This document shows, one piece after another, positions 10,781 to 20,490 of a DNA stretch of 64,000 nucleotides. The DNA lies in the IMG/VR virus record IMGVR_UViG_3300031992_000038, positions 51,874 to 115,873 of that record; one strand, written 5' to 3'. Every line of letters begins with the position of its first letter. The first letter of the stretch is position 1. Under the pieces are notes generated by a model. It was not told where the DNA came from, did no database searches, and saw only the letters and a program-made list of their open reading frames with translations. The DNA is from a virus. Lineage: Duplodnaviria > Caudoviricetes. The translations under genes and the position numbers were made by a program.

Positions 10781-11590
10781 ATGGAGAAATACATCAAGAC
10801 AAACCTGAGGTGGCCGGGCGGAAAATCCCGTATGATGAAGATACTGAAGAATTATCTGCCGGAACGCATCGACAAATACTATGAGACATTTGTCGGTGGA
10901 GGGAGCGTAATGCTGTACATAACGCAGGCTTACCGTCCGTCGGTGAACATCGCCAATGACATAGACGAGTCCCTCATCAACTATTACAGATCCATCAAGG
11001 AAGACCCGTCCGGGGTGATGGAGAAGTGCATGAGCATAAAGGAGAAGTACGGTCCTGACGAGTTCAAAGAAGTGTTCCGAACCCTCGACAGAAACACCGC
11101 ACACGGTTTTTTCATCTACAACAAGTCGTCTTTCTCCGGTATCGGCAGGAATTTCTCCCGTCTGGCGTACATAAGGAATTTCAGCGTTCAGTCAATAAAC
11201 AAGATTTCTGACGTGTCCGGTGTGATACAGGACGTGGATTTCATATGCGCAGACTATCAGGACATCGGAGACCTCGACGGGTTTTTCATATACATGGATC
11301 CGCCATATTACGAGAACAGCAGCAAAGGACTCTACGGCGAGCACGGAAACCTGCACAAGGGGTTCGACCATGACAGGATGTTCGAATGGGTGGAACGGAT
11401 GTCAAAGAGGAACAAAATCATGATAAGCTACGACAATTCAGAATATGTCAGGTCAATGTACAAGGGCTATCACATACACGACTTCGACTTCGTGTACTCA
11501 ATGACAAACACCGGCGGGAACCTGTGCAAGACAGGAAAAGAAATCGTCATAACAAACTATGATGTCAGAAACAATGAGACTCTTCAATAA
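10781..11590 (+). CDS. dam: Dam-family (D12 class) N6-adenine DNA methyltransferase
   Basis: LRWPGGKSR, YYETFVGGGSV, NDID, FIYMDPPYY, EIVITNY. Confidence 0.9.
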   Translation: MEKYIKTNLRWPGGKSRMMKILKNYLPERIDKYYETFVGGGSVMLYITQAYRPSVNIANDIDESLINYYRSIKEDPSGVMEKCMSIKEKYGPDEFKEVFRTLDRNTAHGFFIYNKSSFSGIGRNFSRLAYIRNFSVQSINKISDVSGVIQDVDFICADYQDIGDLDGFFIYMDPPYYENSSKGLYGEHGNLHKGFDHDRMFEWVERMSKRNKIMISYDNSEYVRSMYKGYHIHDFDFVYSMTNTGGNLCKTGKEIVITNYDVRNNETLQ

Positions 11591-11801
11591 AACGGCGCTC
11601 AGAACCTCAGTGGCAGCGGTGGCGGTAGCGGCCGCGGCACTGCTGACGTCATGCGAGCGCGGAAGCAGTAACGGATACACCGTTGTGCACAGGACGGCGT
11701 ACTGGGACTGTCTGAAACTGAACGACAGCACCATACTCTGCATACCAACTGCCGAGATGGGAGACAGCGGAATGTCGCCTACATTGCTGATAGTGAAATA
11801 A
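11574..11801 (+). CDS. Small lipoprotein
   Basis: Basic N-terminus, hydrophobic Ala/Val run, lipobox LTSC. Confidence 0.6.
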   Translation: MRLFNKTALRTSVAAVAVAAAALLTSCERGSSNGYTVVHRTAYWDCLKLNDSTILCIPTAEMGDSGMSPTLLIVK

Positions 11802-11823
11802 CAGACAAAACAAGATACGGAAA

Positions 11824-12279
11824 ATGATATATGTCGGATATCAGGGAATAGGAAAGTCCACATTGTGCCGAAAACACGGCGAATGCGTCGATCTGGAAAG
11901 CTCAGTCTTTTTCGTGGACGGAAAAAGACATCCGGAATGGTACAAGGTATATGCCCGCATGGCGGAGCACCTGTCCGCACAGGGGAAGACCGTGTTCACT
12001 TCGTCACACAAACAGGTCCGCCAGTACATGAACGACAGCGGCATAGCATTCACGGCGGTCACGCCGGCGCCAAGTCTCAAGGACGCATGGACGGAGAAAC
12101 TGCGCGTCAGATACGAGTCAAGCGGCAGCGAAAAGGATTACAAGGCGTGGAAGAACTGCGATGAGATGTTCGAACAGAACATACAGGACATGATGAGCGA
12201 GAAGAACGTGACAGTCATAGAGTCAGAGGACTATGACCTCGGGGAACTGCTTGGAATCACTAAAAACGGGCAGAAATGA
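11824..12279 (+). CDS. P-loop NTPase/kinase-like protein
   Basis: N-terminal GYQGIGKST followed by DLESS. Confidence 0.75.
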   Translation: MIYVGYQGIGKSTLCRKHGECVDLESSVFFVDGKRHPEWYKVYARMAEHLSAQGKTVFTSSHKQVRQYMNDSGIAFTAVTPAPSLKDAWTEKLRVRYESSGSEKDYKAWKNCDEMFEQNIQDMMSEKNVTVIESEDYDLGELLGITKNGQK

Positions 12280-12557
12280 AACTTAAGACAGCATACAGGA
12301 CACAGGTCGCATTCGGCGTCTTCCTTCTCGCCGTCAAGACGCCGTTGTACATAGTGTTCGTTCCATTCGTTCTGATTGCCATGGCATACGACAAGATCAA
12401 GGAATGGTTCGAATGGGCGTACTGGAGCGTCGGAAACCGTCTGCTCAAGTCATCAGACGAAGCCAAGGACGGAGGCATCATCAAGAACAAAAGCATGATA
12501 AGACAGTATACGGCGGCCGACGCTTATCTCAGATTACGTAAAGAACAATTATTATGA
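12276..12557 (+). CDS. Small membrane protein
   Basis: Hydrophobic stretch aa 10-36; ATGA overlaps. Confidence 0.6.
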   Translation: MKLKTAYRTQVAFGVFLLAVKTPLYIVFVPFVLIAMAYDKIKEWFEWAYWSVGNRLLKSSDEAKDGGIIKNKSMIRQYTAADAYLRLRKEQLL

Positions 12558-13042
12558 CTATGGTAAAAGATGGGGCAGAAATTGACAACTTTGTCAAGCA
12601 AGTGAACAAAAAGACATCCGCGGTGGAACGGCTTTTCAAGAGCCGTAAACGCATCGCCAACGAACTTGAGGAAATGTTCCATGACCAGCTGATCCACATG
12701 GTGAACAGTTACGTGAAATTCAAACGCTACGAAACCGACGAAAACGACACATATGCGAAAATAACCGGCATTGACGTAGGCGCAAACTACGCATCCAGCC
12801 CGACATTCCATGTCAACATACGGTTCACGGCAATGAATACGTTTGGCGGGTCTAACGCCCTGTTCTACGCGGAACACGGGGCAAAGACATTCATGTTCCT
12901 GAACGGAGAATTCACCAAAGAATCATATGACAACATGACCACATTCTTCACTACAATCACCGAGGATGAGTTCAAGAATAATGCATACGAAATGTTCGAG
13001 AAGAAACTTAACGAAGAAATACTAACCGACGTGCCGACATGA
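12554..13042 (+). CDS. Hypothetical protein
   Basis: Coupled ORF in operon. Confidence 0.65.
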   Translation: MTMVKDGAEIDNFVKQVNKKTSAVERLFKSRKRIANELEEMFHDQLIHMVNSYVKFKRYETDENDTYAKITGIDVGANYASSPTFHVNIRFTAMNTFGGSNALFYAEHGAKTFMFLNGEFTKESYDNMTTFFTTITEDEFKNNAYEMFEKKLNEEILTDVPT

Positions 13043-13287
13043 AACAACCGAACAACGAACACACTGCTGACGCACTGATCAAGAATGCGTGCGAGATGTG
13101 CGAGAACTACTCGACAAGTGACAAATGCGAGGACAGATACGGATGCCCGGTGTACAACCTGTACCTTATGGCGGCCAACCGTCATGACAGCAACGGACAC
13201 GGAGGTTCATGGGGCACGCTGCCGACACCTCCATCAGAACATGGGCAGTGGGGGACACTTCCGACACCGCCACCCGGAATATGTTGA
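13039..13287 (+). CDS. Small Cys-rich hypothetical protein
   Basis: CxxC..C..C; WGTLPTPP duplicated. Confidence 0.55.
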   Translation: MKQPNNEHTADALIKNACEMCENYSTSDKCEDRYGCPVYNLYLMAANRHDSNGHGGSWGTLPTPPSEHGQWGTLPTPPPGIC

Positions 13288-13505
13288 CACAAGAAAACAC
13301 AATGAGACAATGAGCGACAGTACAATCGAAATGATTATCACGTGCGTGTTTGTCGTGGGTATCGTGTGGATCACACTGCACTACATAACCAAAATGAGCA
13401 GCGACGACACCACTGAGTACATGATGAAAGACGACGACCGGCACCGCGACCCCTACATATGGTGGAGAGAGGAGAGACAGTACGGCAACAAAACAAAGAC
13501 TGACA

Positions 13506-14000
13506 ATGACCGAGACGACAAAGACACTGCAGATATACGTCAGTGACGACGGAATGGAATTCATGGACAAGGAGAAATGCCTACAGCACGAGTCGAGGAC
13601 GGCCGAGATGAGGGATAAGATGAGGTTCTTCAGGGTGTTTCATTCGCCGGATCTGAACGAGACAGGCAACATGACCCGCTCATTCATCCTTGTCGTATAT
13701 TCCGCGTACGGCGTGTTTGAAACTATCGCCGAGAAATACGTCACAGACGTACTTGGCATACCTGCGTTAGGACCGTCCGTGATGGGATACGGCGTACAGC
13801 GGCACTTCTACATCCAAAAATGCAGTGACGGTTATGACGAAGTGCGGTCCGAAATCGCCGACGGGCATGAAGTGACCGTGCTATGCCCGTGGAAAAAGAA
13901 CGAACTCATATTCGGACTTCTCGACCCTGACGGAAGGGACACCAGAGTCAACGACAAAGTGATACTGTTCGACTACATGAAGGAATGGGGATACAAATGA
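13506..14000 (+). CDS. Hypothetical protein
   Basis: Y.SDDG.EF.DKE.C..HE N-terminal motif common in phage ORFs. Confidence 0.65.
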   Translation: MTETTKTLQIYVSDDGMEFMDKEKCLQHESRTAEMRDKMRFFRVFHSPDLNETGNMTRSFILVVYSAYGVFETIAEKYVTDVLGIPALGPSVMGYGVQRHFYIQKCSDGYDEVRSEIADGHEVTVLCPWKKNELIFGLLDPDGRDTRVNDKVILFDYMKEWGYK

Positions 14001-14257
14001 TGAATTACGACGCCACATTCACTTGGATAGACGTCTCCGACGGACTTCCTCCGCGGCAGGAGTTCGTTGACGAGAACGGGAACAAAAGGCTGTCTGACGC
14101 GTCCGTCATTGTGATGGCGACAGACGGCAAGCATCATTACATCACGGCATACGACTACATGTTCGAACAGTGGTGGGCTGAATTTGACTCACTTGTCGAC
14201 GGAATGAAGATAACGCACTGGGGATACCTGCCCGAACTGCCCGGTGAGGCACAATAA
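13997..14257 (+). CDS. DUF551-like protein
   Basis: WIDVSDGLP...ITHWGYLPELP. Confidence 0.65.
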   Translation: MMNYDATFTWIDVSDGLPPRQEFVDENGNKRLSDASVIVMATDGKHHYITAYDYMFEQWWAEFDSLVDGMKITHWGYLPELPGEAQ

Positions 14258-14282
14258 ACATCCAACAAAAACAAACCAAGAA

Positions 14283-14936
14283 ATGTCAACAAGAGCAACA
14301 ATCAAAATCACAGAAGGAGACACGGCGCGATGGCTGTACCACCACAGCGACGGATATCCCGACTGGCTGGGACGAGAACTCGACGACACACTGAAAACCG
14401 AGAGCGCATGGACACTGCCGTCAATATTCACGCGGCTGACAGAGGACGAACAGTACGAGCCCACAGGCGGAATACATGGGGACGAGGAATACGCATATCT
14501 CATAGACTGCGACAACAGGACATTGAAAGGGTATGCCATATACGAGTTCGGAAGCGGGGCGTCGGCCGATTGGACGAACGAGGTGATGCGCAGAGACTAC
14601 AACACAGCGGCGGCACAACCGAAGACGTTCGCGCTGGCCGACTGCTTCATCTGCGAGCACTGCCGCAAAACATGCGCCGGGAACTGCTTCGAGCAACTGT
14701 CGAAAATCCAAAGAGGGGAATGGAAACCCGGCGACAAGGACTACGAGGACAACAAAGACCTTATCGGAAGGAAACAGATAATCAAATGCCTCGGACCTTA
14801 CTGCGACAGACCGTGCGGACTGCAGATGGACAAATTCACGCCATATGACAAGAACGACGGGGTAAGACCGCTGACGGACGCGATAAAATACCTCGGCAAC
14901 AAGGTGAACGAACTGATCGCTGAACTGAACAAATAA
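14283..14936 (+). CDS. Hypothetical protein (MSTR...YxHxDGYP type)
   Basis: MSTRATI..LYHHSDGYP..LG..EYAYLID; Cys-rich C-terminus. Confidence 0.7.
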   Translation: MSTRATIKITEGDTARWLYHHSDGYPDWLGRELDDTLKTESAWTLPSIFTRLTEDEQYEPTGGIHGDEEYAYLIDCDNRTLKGYAIYEFGSGASADWTNEVMRRDYNTAAAQPKTFALADCFICEHCRKTCAGNCFEQLSKIQRGEWKPGDKDYEDNKDLIGRKQIIKCLGPYCDRPCGLQMDKFTPYDKNDGVRPLTDAIKYLGNKVNELIAELNK

Positions 14937-14944
14937 ACACAGAC

Positions 14945-15187
14945 ATGCAAGAGAAAAAGGAAAAGAACCTGTATATGGTGACAACAAGGAGAGGATGGCG
15001 TTTCTATGTGGTCGCCGAGACATTCACCGGCGCGGCGAATGCCGTGAAGCACCGCCTTGACGAGGCGGACTATGGATACTACGTGGACCGGGAGGTGAGA
15101 AGCGTCGAACTGATACGGTCTCAACGGTTCTTCGGGGACAAGCAGATGTTCTCCGGCGACGACGAGATAAACTTCTTCATCTGCTGA
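14945..15187 (+). CDS. Hypothetical protein
   Basis: Last ORF before hairpin terminator. Confidence 0.6.
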   Translation: MQEKKEKNLYMVTTRRGWRFYVVAETFTGAANAVKHRLDEADYGYYVDREVRSVELIRSQRFFGDKQMFSGDDEINFFIC

Positions 15188-15196
15188 CATCAGCAC

Positions 15197-15240
15197 AAAA
15201 AGAACCCGGACGACTCACAATGTTTCCGTCCGGGGTTTTG
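15197..15240. terminator. Bidirectional intrinsic terminator
   Basis: aaaaagaACCCGGACG...CGTCCGGGGTtttg between convergent genes. Confidence 0.6.
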
Positions 15241-15274
15241 TCGTTTCCCATAACGCCGACAGTGTCAATTGACT

Positions 15275-15841
15275 TCAATCATCTGCTCTATATATCGGCA
15301 GCGAGTACATGGAACCGTCACTCCAACGGGTAAGTTGCCAGTAGGAGAAAACCCTGCCGCTGTCAACAGTCCCGTTATAGTAGTCGGATATCGGGACACC
15401 GTCCACCTTTGCCCCAACGCTGTCACAAGTCACCGTAACTATGTCGGCACATTTCGCGAGTTCAGTAAGGGTGATATTGCTACCGTCCAACGACTGAATG
15501 ACATAATCTAACGCCGTTACAGAAATGGATTCTTCGGATGGCTGAACGACAACTGAAGACATATTCGTCGTCGAAGGCAAAATGAAGTATCTTCCATCGC
15601 CGGGATAAAAATGCGTAGTTTCACAGTCCTCATCGACTACCGGTATAAACGAATGGATGATGATACTACCCGGTCTATCCGGTCTTTGTACCGCTGAAAA
15701 ACCGGACTCACACACAAAAACTTCAACGTCAGGCATGTGACCCGCCGCACACGTTATCACGACTGCCGTGTCGTGGAAATATTCCGGCGCCCGACGTATC
15801 ACGTCACTGCTGATGCATCCGTCATGACCTTTCTTTCTCAT
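15275..15841 (-). CDS. Hypothetical protein
   Basis: 188-aa ORF downstream of the EPWV-tagged gene. Confidence 0.55.
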   Translation of the reverse strand: MRKKGHDGCISSDVIRRAPEYFHDTAVVITCAAGHMPDVEVFVCESGFSAVQRPDRPGSIIIHSFIPVVDEDCETTHFYPGDGRYFILPSTTNMSSVVVQPSEESISVTALDYVIQSLDGSNITLTELAKCADIVTVTCDSVGAKVDGVPISDYYNGTVDSGRVFSYWQLTRWSDGSMYSLPIYRADD

Positions 15842-15870
15842 ATCAAACCTTTAGTTTCTAAACATTTATA

Positions 15871-16518
15871 TCAATTGTTCGGTTTCATCATAGTTCCCTT
15901 TATTTGATTAATCTCGAACGCGCCTCCGCTGTAAACGATTCTATATTTTGACTCTGACACATACATTAGCGGAGTTTCCGTCACAGTCCTCGGTATCTCG
16001 CTGACGTCCACACCGTTCAGTGTGGTGAAAAATATCTTTTGTACCTCCTGCCCCTTTTGCTTATAGACACCGTTGCTCTCCTCATACCACGTCTTCTCGA
16101 CAGGTATTATCGCAAAACCGTCCACAAGCAACGACTCGCCAACCGTCAGCGAACTTCCGTCAGCGGACAAGGTCACAGCGCCGTCCGGTATGGGAACATC
16201 ACCGCCGACAGAACTGAACTGATCGTACTTGTTCTGACGGACGAGACTGTAGTCGTGCGGACGGTACCCGAGCAGTGTCGTGTTGTACCTCTCGGTGATA
16301 GGGTTGATAGTCACCGTCAATTCGTTCTTGATGCAGTCGTTGCACCAGTTGTCGATGTCGTAGAGCATGGCGAACGACAGCTCCGGCTTGTTGTAGGTCA
16401 TCACCCCCGAGTCCACCTGAATCGCCACCCAAGGCTCGCGGTAGGATGAATCGTCGTCATATATTGCGTCGTGACTCGCGGAGTCAGCGTATCTGTGCAG
16501 GAATTCAGTGTATCCCAT
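15871..16518 (-). CDS. EPWV-tagged protein
   Basis: FLHRYADSASHDAIY..YREPWV..TYNK; TATTTATA upstream on the coding strand. Confidence 0.75.
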   Translation of the reverse strand: MGYTEFLHRYADSASHDAIYDDDSSYREPWVAIQVDSGVMTYNKPELSFAMLYDIDNWCNDCIKNELTVTINPITERYNTTLLGYRPHDYSLVRQNKYDQFSSVGGDVPIPDGAVTLSADGSSLTVGESLLVDGFAIIPVEKTWYEESNGVYKQKGQEVQKIFFTTLNGVDVSEIPRTVTETPLMYVSESKYRIVYSGGAFEINQIKGTMMKPNN

Positions 16519-16645
16519 TGGTTGTCACAAAAATTTTTTGATTTATTGTTTACAAATATAAATAGGGAACTATAAATATAGGCCCTTGAAAAACACATCT
16601 GCCGATTTTGGCGGTGAAGTCTATTTATGCGTATACGCAAGAGAC

Positions 16646-17326
16646 ATGAAGCATAAAAGACAGTTGAGGAAGCTCGTTGATGAGTGTGTAGATAGATGCT
16701 TGAGAAAATATTTGGACGAAAGCATTAAAACCCACGATGATGAGTTTAATATCTATGAGAAACTTGAAGAACTTGACATTTCCTATGACTTCATCAATGA
16801 CAGGGAAAACATATTGGAAATACGGACACCGGACAACAGCACAAAGGCAAAGGTAAGGCAACTGCTCAATCTCTATGGATGGAAGGAGATAAAGGATAAC
16901 GGATGGTCGGTTTGCGCCGAAAGGATATACGGTGATATATGGAATAATTTCTATGACACTGAAGCAGAAGAAGACGACGAGTACCCTTATGGCGTCGGCA
17001 TCTATTACCACATAACGCCATCCTACAAAGTGCCAAAGATATTGAGGCAAGGACTTACTGTGAGAGAGGGAAACAAACTTGGATACGCAAGAGGTGAGAG
17101 AATATACCTGTTGTCGTACCCGGGACAAGAGTTTGCTTACCATCTGTTCAGAGACCGCAAAGGAAAAACCGAAGTGACCATCCTGCTTGTCGACATCAGA
17201 AAATACCTCGGAAAGCAAATAAACATATATCACGACGATTTCACAAGCGACGACGGGGCTGTCTACACTTATGACTATATTCCGCCCCAATGCATAAAGG
17301 TTTACGAAACCTTTGAAATATCATAG
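16646..17326 (+). CDS. Putative ADP-ribosyltransferase-fold (KptA/Tpt1-like) protein with LTE-like tag
   Basis: YYHITP...ILRQGL...RIYL...IPPQCI; TATTTAT at 16622. Confidence 0.6.
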   Translation: MKHKRQLRKLVDECVDRCLRKYLDESIKTHDDEFNIYEKLEELDISYDFINDRENILEIRTPDNSTKAKVRQLLNLYGWKEIKDNGWSVCAERIYGDIWNNFYDTEAEEDDEYPYGVGIYYHITPSYKVPKILRQGLTVREGNKLGYARGERIYLLSYPGQEFAYHLFRDRKGKTEVTILLVDIRKYLGKQINIYHDDFTSDDGAVYTYDYIPPQCIKVYETFEIS

Positions 17327-17380
17327 ACCTCGTGCCGACAAGTATATCATTGCCTCTATTTATGGATATACGCAAGAAAC

Positions 17381-17980
17381 ATGAAACGTAAAATACAGTT
17401 GACAGAAGGCGAACTCAGGGAGATGGTGAGGGAAAGCGTTGAACGCGTCCTCAATGAGATTGATCAGACGAAGTGGGGCCTTTGGGCGGCTCAGCAAAGA
17501 GAACAGCAAAGAATCGGGAAAAGACCGCTGTCCGCTGCGTCAAAGAGAGTCTTTGACAGAGACTATGCTGGACGCTCCAATATCGCAAAGACACGCTTTT
17601 TTGACGACAAGATAGACGACGACCTGCTTTCAGCGGAAAAAGAATTCAGCAAAAAGCACTTCGATGAGGATCCAAGCAGCGCCGGACGCGTCAGTACAAA
17701 GTTCTCCCCGGACTTGATGACAAGCACCGGAGGCGTCAATGTCCACCAGAGAGCAAACTATATGGGCGGGAAACTGCAAAGAAACCGCGACTACTACATC
17801 AACCCGTACAACCGCGAAGAATGGGGTTCTGCGGACGGCACGAAGGGGTATGACAGCCTTGGTCCGGGAATGTCCGTGAGAAGGAGGAACACACTGCCGA
17901 TGAGCGACGACGCGCGCAGACAGCTGAACGGCGCACTGGATGACCTGTCAGACTACTACGAAAAGGGTCTGGATTATTAA
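17381..17980 (+). CDS. LTE-tagged hypothetical protein
   Basis: MKRKIQLTEGELREMVRESVERVLNE; TATTTAT at ~17357. Confidence 0.75.
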   Translation: MKRKIQLTEGELREMVRESVERVLNEIDQTKWGLWAAQQREQQRIGKRPLSAASKRVFDRDYAGRSNIAKTRFFDDKIDDDLLSAEKEFSKKHFDEDPSSAGRVSTKFSPDLMTSTGGVNVHQRANYMGGKLQRNRDYYINPYNREEWGSADGTKGYDSLGPGMSVRRRNTLPMSDDARRQLNGALDDLSDYYEKGLDY

Positions 17981-18017
17981 CGGACATATACGCCCAAAAA
18001 ACAACACTTGACCGGAC

Positions 18018-19559
18018 ATGAAATATCTGAAGAAATACACGGACACGAAAGACGCGGAGCAAGGCGTATACAACCAGTTCAGGCCGATGGTCGCGCACAA
18101 CAAGTACGGCAGCACCGACACCGTAGTGTACGGCGAGAAGGACATGCTCGAATACAAGGTAGACATACCGGCCGACGGAACATACTGCGTCGTGCCGGAA
18201 CCGATGCGGGACAACACGGCGACCTATTCGCAGATGTTCAACCTCTTCCCCGGCATGATGACCCAACTCTTGATGCAGTGCGGAGACGCGTCAGACATAA
18301 CATCCAAGATACAGAACGGAACATGGAAGGACGAGCATCTGAAAGACTACGGAGAACTCACCGACCATCAGCTGATAAACGCGCTCAAGACATCCGACGG
18401 ACGGGCAAAATACCTCAAGAGCGGATGGGAGCAAAGCGACGAGTTCCGCTCGCTCAAGGTGTTCTATGACACGCCGGCGGTCTACACCGCTTTCGCGAAA
18501 TGGTGCGTCAGACCGACAATGAGACTCTTCTTCCAACGGACGTTCCTGCGCATACTAAACGGCTCGAAGAACGAGACAATACAGTCATCCATACAGAACA
18601 TCGAAGGCGTGTACGTTCCCGTCTATAACACCGAAGATGGCATGTACTGGGCATTCGACGTCGACGAGGCAAACAGGACGGTGACAGTCACAATACCTTC
18701 ACTGCAAGACTACAAGTCCGGAATATCCTCCATTGACCCGCTCACTGCAGCAATAAGATCCGCCTTCCAGTGGGACACAAACCCCATCGTCGACCACGTG
18801 TCGTTCGACACAATACGCGAGTTCTTCAAGATGCCGAGGTCATTCGACTCGGCCGGACTCAACATTGACGACGACATGTCATACCGGCTCGCGTGCATGG
18901 CCTTCTGTGTCATAGGATTGGGGACAGTCGGAATATTCCAATGCACACTGGGATACTACTCGGAATACATGAGGCACAAGGGAATAACAAACGAGGAACT
19001 CGCCGCAGGGGTAACCGCGCAGGAGAACGTCGTGAACGCGCTCATGAGAGTGTGTAAACTCGAAGGGGCGAAGTATTGCGCAGACGGCGCGTTCGGACTT
19101 ATCGCTTCAGGAGGACTGAGACGTCAGATGGGACAGCGAACCTACCCGTCAAGCCCCGTGCGGCAGATAAAGATCGACGGGCAAAACACAGACAGCACCG
19201 ACGGGAACGTGTCCTTGACCGCGGGCGAGCACACCGTGACGCTCACGTCTGACAGGATGCTGACCGGTGGAGGCAAATGGACGTTCGGCGCATCCGAAGA
19301 CGGGACAGGACTCGGAGTGGGCGAATACATCACGGAACTCGGCACAACGATGGCGTCCACGTCGATAGGAAACCTCACGCTTCCGAACTGCAAGAAGATA
19401 AACATCGCCAAGAACGTGGAAGACGTGTACGAAAACGCATCCATCACCGCGCACGAGGACTGCGTGTTCGAAGTGGACAGCAAGAACAGACAACTCACGA
19501 CGAACGGGAAGACACTCTTCAACAAGGAAGGAACAGCGCTGATCACACTTCAGCACTGA
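18018..19559 (+). CDS. Hypothetical protein, divergent EPWV-like N-terminus, LRR-like C-terminus
   Basis: MKYLKKY...PMVA...VVY; C-terminal F.VDS.N...T.NG.TLFNKEGTALI resembles BspA-type LRR caps. Confidence 0.65.
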   Translation: MKYLKKYTDTKDAEQGVYNQFRPMVAHNKYGSTDTVVYGEKDMLEYKVDIPADGTYCVVPEPMRDNTATYSQMFNLFPGMMTQLLMQCGDASDITSKIQNGTWKDEHLKDYGELTDHQLINALKTSDGRAKYLKSGWEQSDEFRSLKVFYDTPAVYTAFAKWCVRPTMRLFFQRTFLRILNGSKNETIQSSIQNIEGVYVPVYNTEDGMYWAFDVDEANRTVTVTIPSLQDYKSGISSIDPLTAAIRSAFQWDTNPIVDHVSFDTIREFFKMPRSFDSAGLNIDDDMSYRLACMAFCVIGLGTVGIFQCTLGYYSEYMRHKGITNEELAAGVTAQENVVNALMRVCKLEGAKYCADGAFGLIASGGLRRQMGQRTYPSSPVRQIKIDGQNTDSTDGNVSLTAGEHTVTLTSDRMLTGGGKWTFGASEDGTGLGVGEYITELGTTMASTSIGNLTLPNCKKINIAKNVEDVYENASITAHEDCVFEVDSKNRQLTTNGKTLFNKEGTALITLQH

Positions 19560-19652
19560 CAAAGGAAAACACACACAAACGCATACAGAGAAAGGGCGGC
19601 GCACGGACAATAGAATCCGGCACCGCCCTTACTTAATGCACGGTAAGAAAAA

Positions 19653-20315
19653 TCAAAGACCCGGAGTGTCGTCCCAGCTGCCGCCGCGCCCGCGGAGACG
19701 ACGGCGCTCCAAACTGCGGATGCCGTCCTTGACAGCGTCAGACACCGCCTTGCCGGCTGTTTTCAGTCCCTTGCCGGCCGCCTTCAGACCCTTTCGCCCG
19801 TAATGATATCCGATACCCGCGCCAAGACCGGCGGCACGGCCTACCTTGCCGCGCCAAGACGTGTCCACCGGGCGGCCGTCGTTGCCGAGCGACGACATGC
19901 CGTTTCCGTCCTCGTCGTACACTGCGGAATAACTTCCTGAACCGCTCTCAAGCCTGTCCGGCCTGTCAGTGCCCGTCCTCACATAGTTCGCCATGTCTTT
20001 CAACGAAGCGTCCATGTCAATGTCGTCGTTGTTCGAACTGCGCACAATGTCGCGGAACTTGTTCCATCCCTGACCCTCGGACAACGCCTCGTTCACCGCA
20101 CGGGAAACCACACCGCGCAGCGCTGACTCGTCTTTCCTCTTGTCACCGCGCCTCGGCAGACGCTTGCGCACCTCACCGGCAGCACGGCGGAAACTCTCCC
20201 TGTCAGGACGCATATCCTCGGGATACTCCATGTCCGCCTCAGACAGACACCCGCGCACAGCGCGCTCGACCATAGAACGGAGATCCGACTCCGTCAACCT
20301 GTATACTCTCGCCAT
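19653..20315 (-). CDS. LTE-tagged hypothetical protein
   Basis: MARVYRLTESDLRSMVERAVRGCLSE plus internal ESALRGVVSRAVNEALSE. Confidence 0.7.
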   Translation of the reverse strand: MARVYRLTESDLRSMVERAVRGCLSEADMEYPEDMRPDRESFRRAAGEVRKRLPRRGDKRKDESALRGVVSRAVNEALSEGQGWNKFRDIVRSSNNDDIDMDASLKDMANYVRTGTDRPDRLESGSGSYSAVYDEDGNGMSSLGNDGRPVDTSWRGKVGRAAGLGAGIGYHYGRKGLKAAGKGLKTAGKAVSDAVKDGIRSLERRRLRGRGGSWDDTPGL

Positions 20316-20490
20316 TGTAACACAAAATTTGCCAAAAAATTATGCACACGTACAGACACAAACCGCACGCCGCAACAAATAAATAGCAACAAACGAACAT
20401 GACAAAACAAATGGCGCCGCAAGACATCGCGGCACCAAAGAAAGACAATATATGTGTGTGGAACATTTGGTTTTTTATCCTCCATTACTC

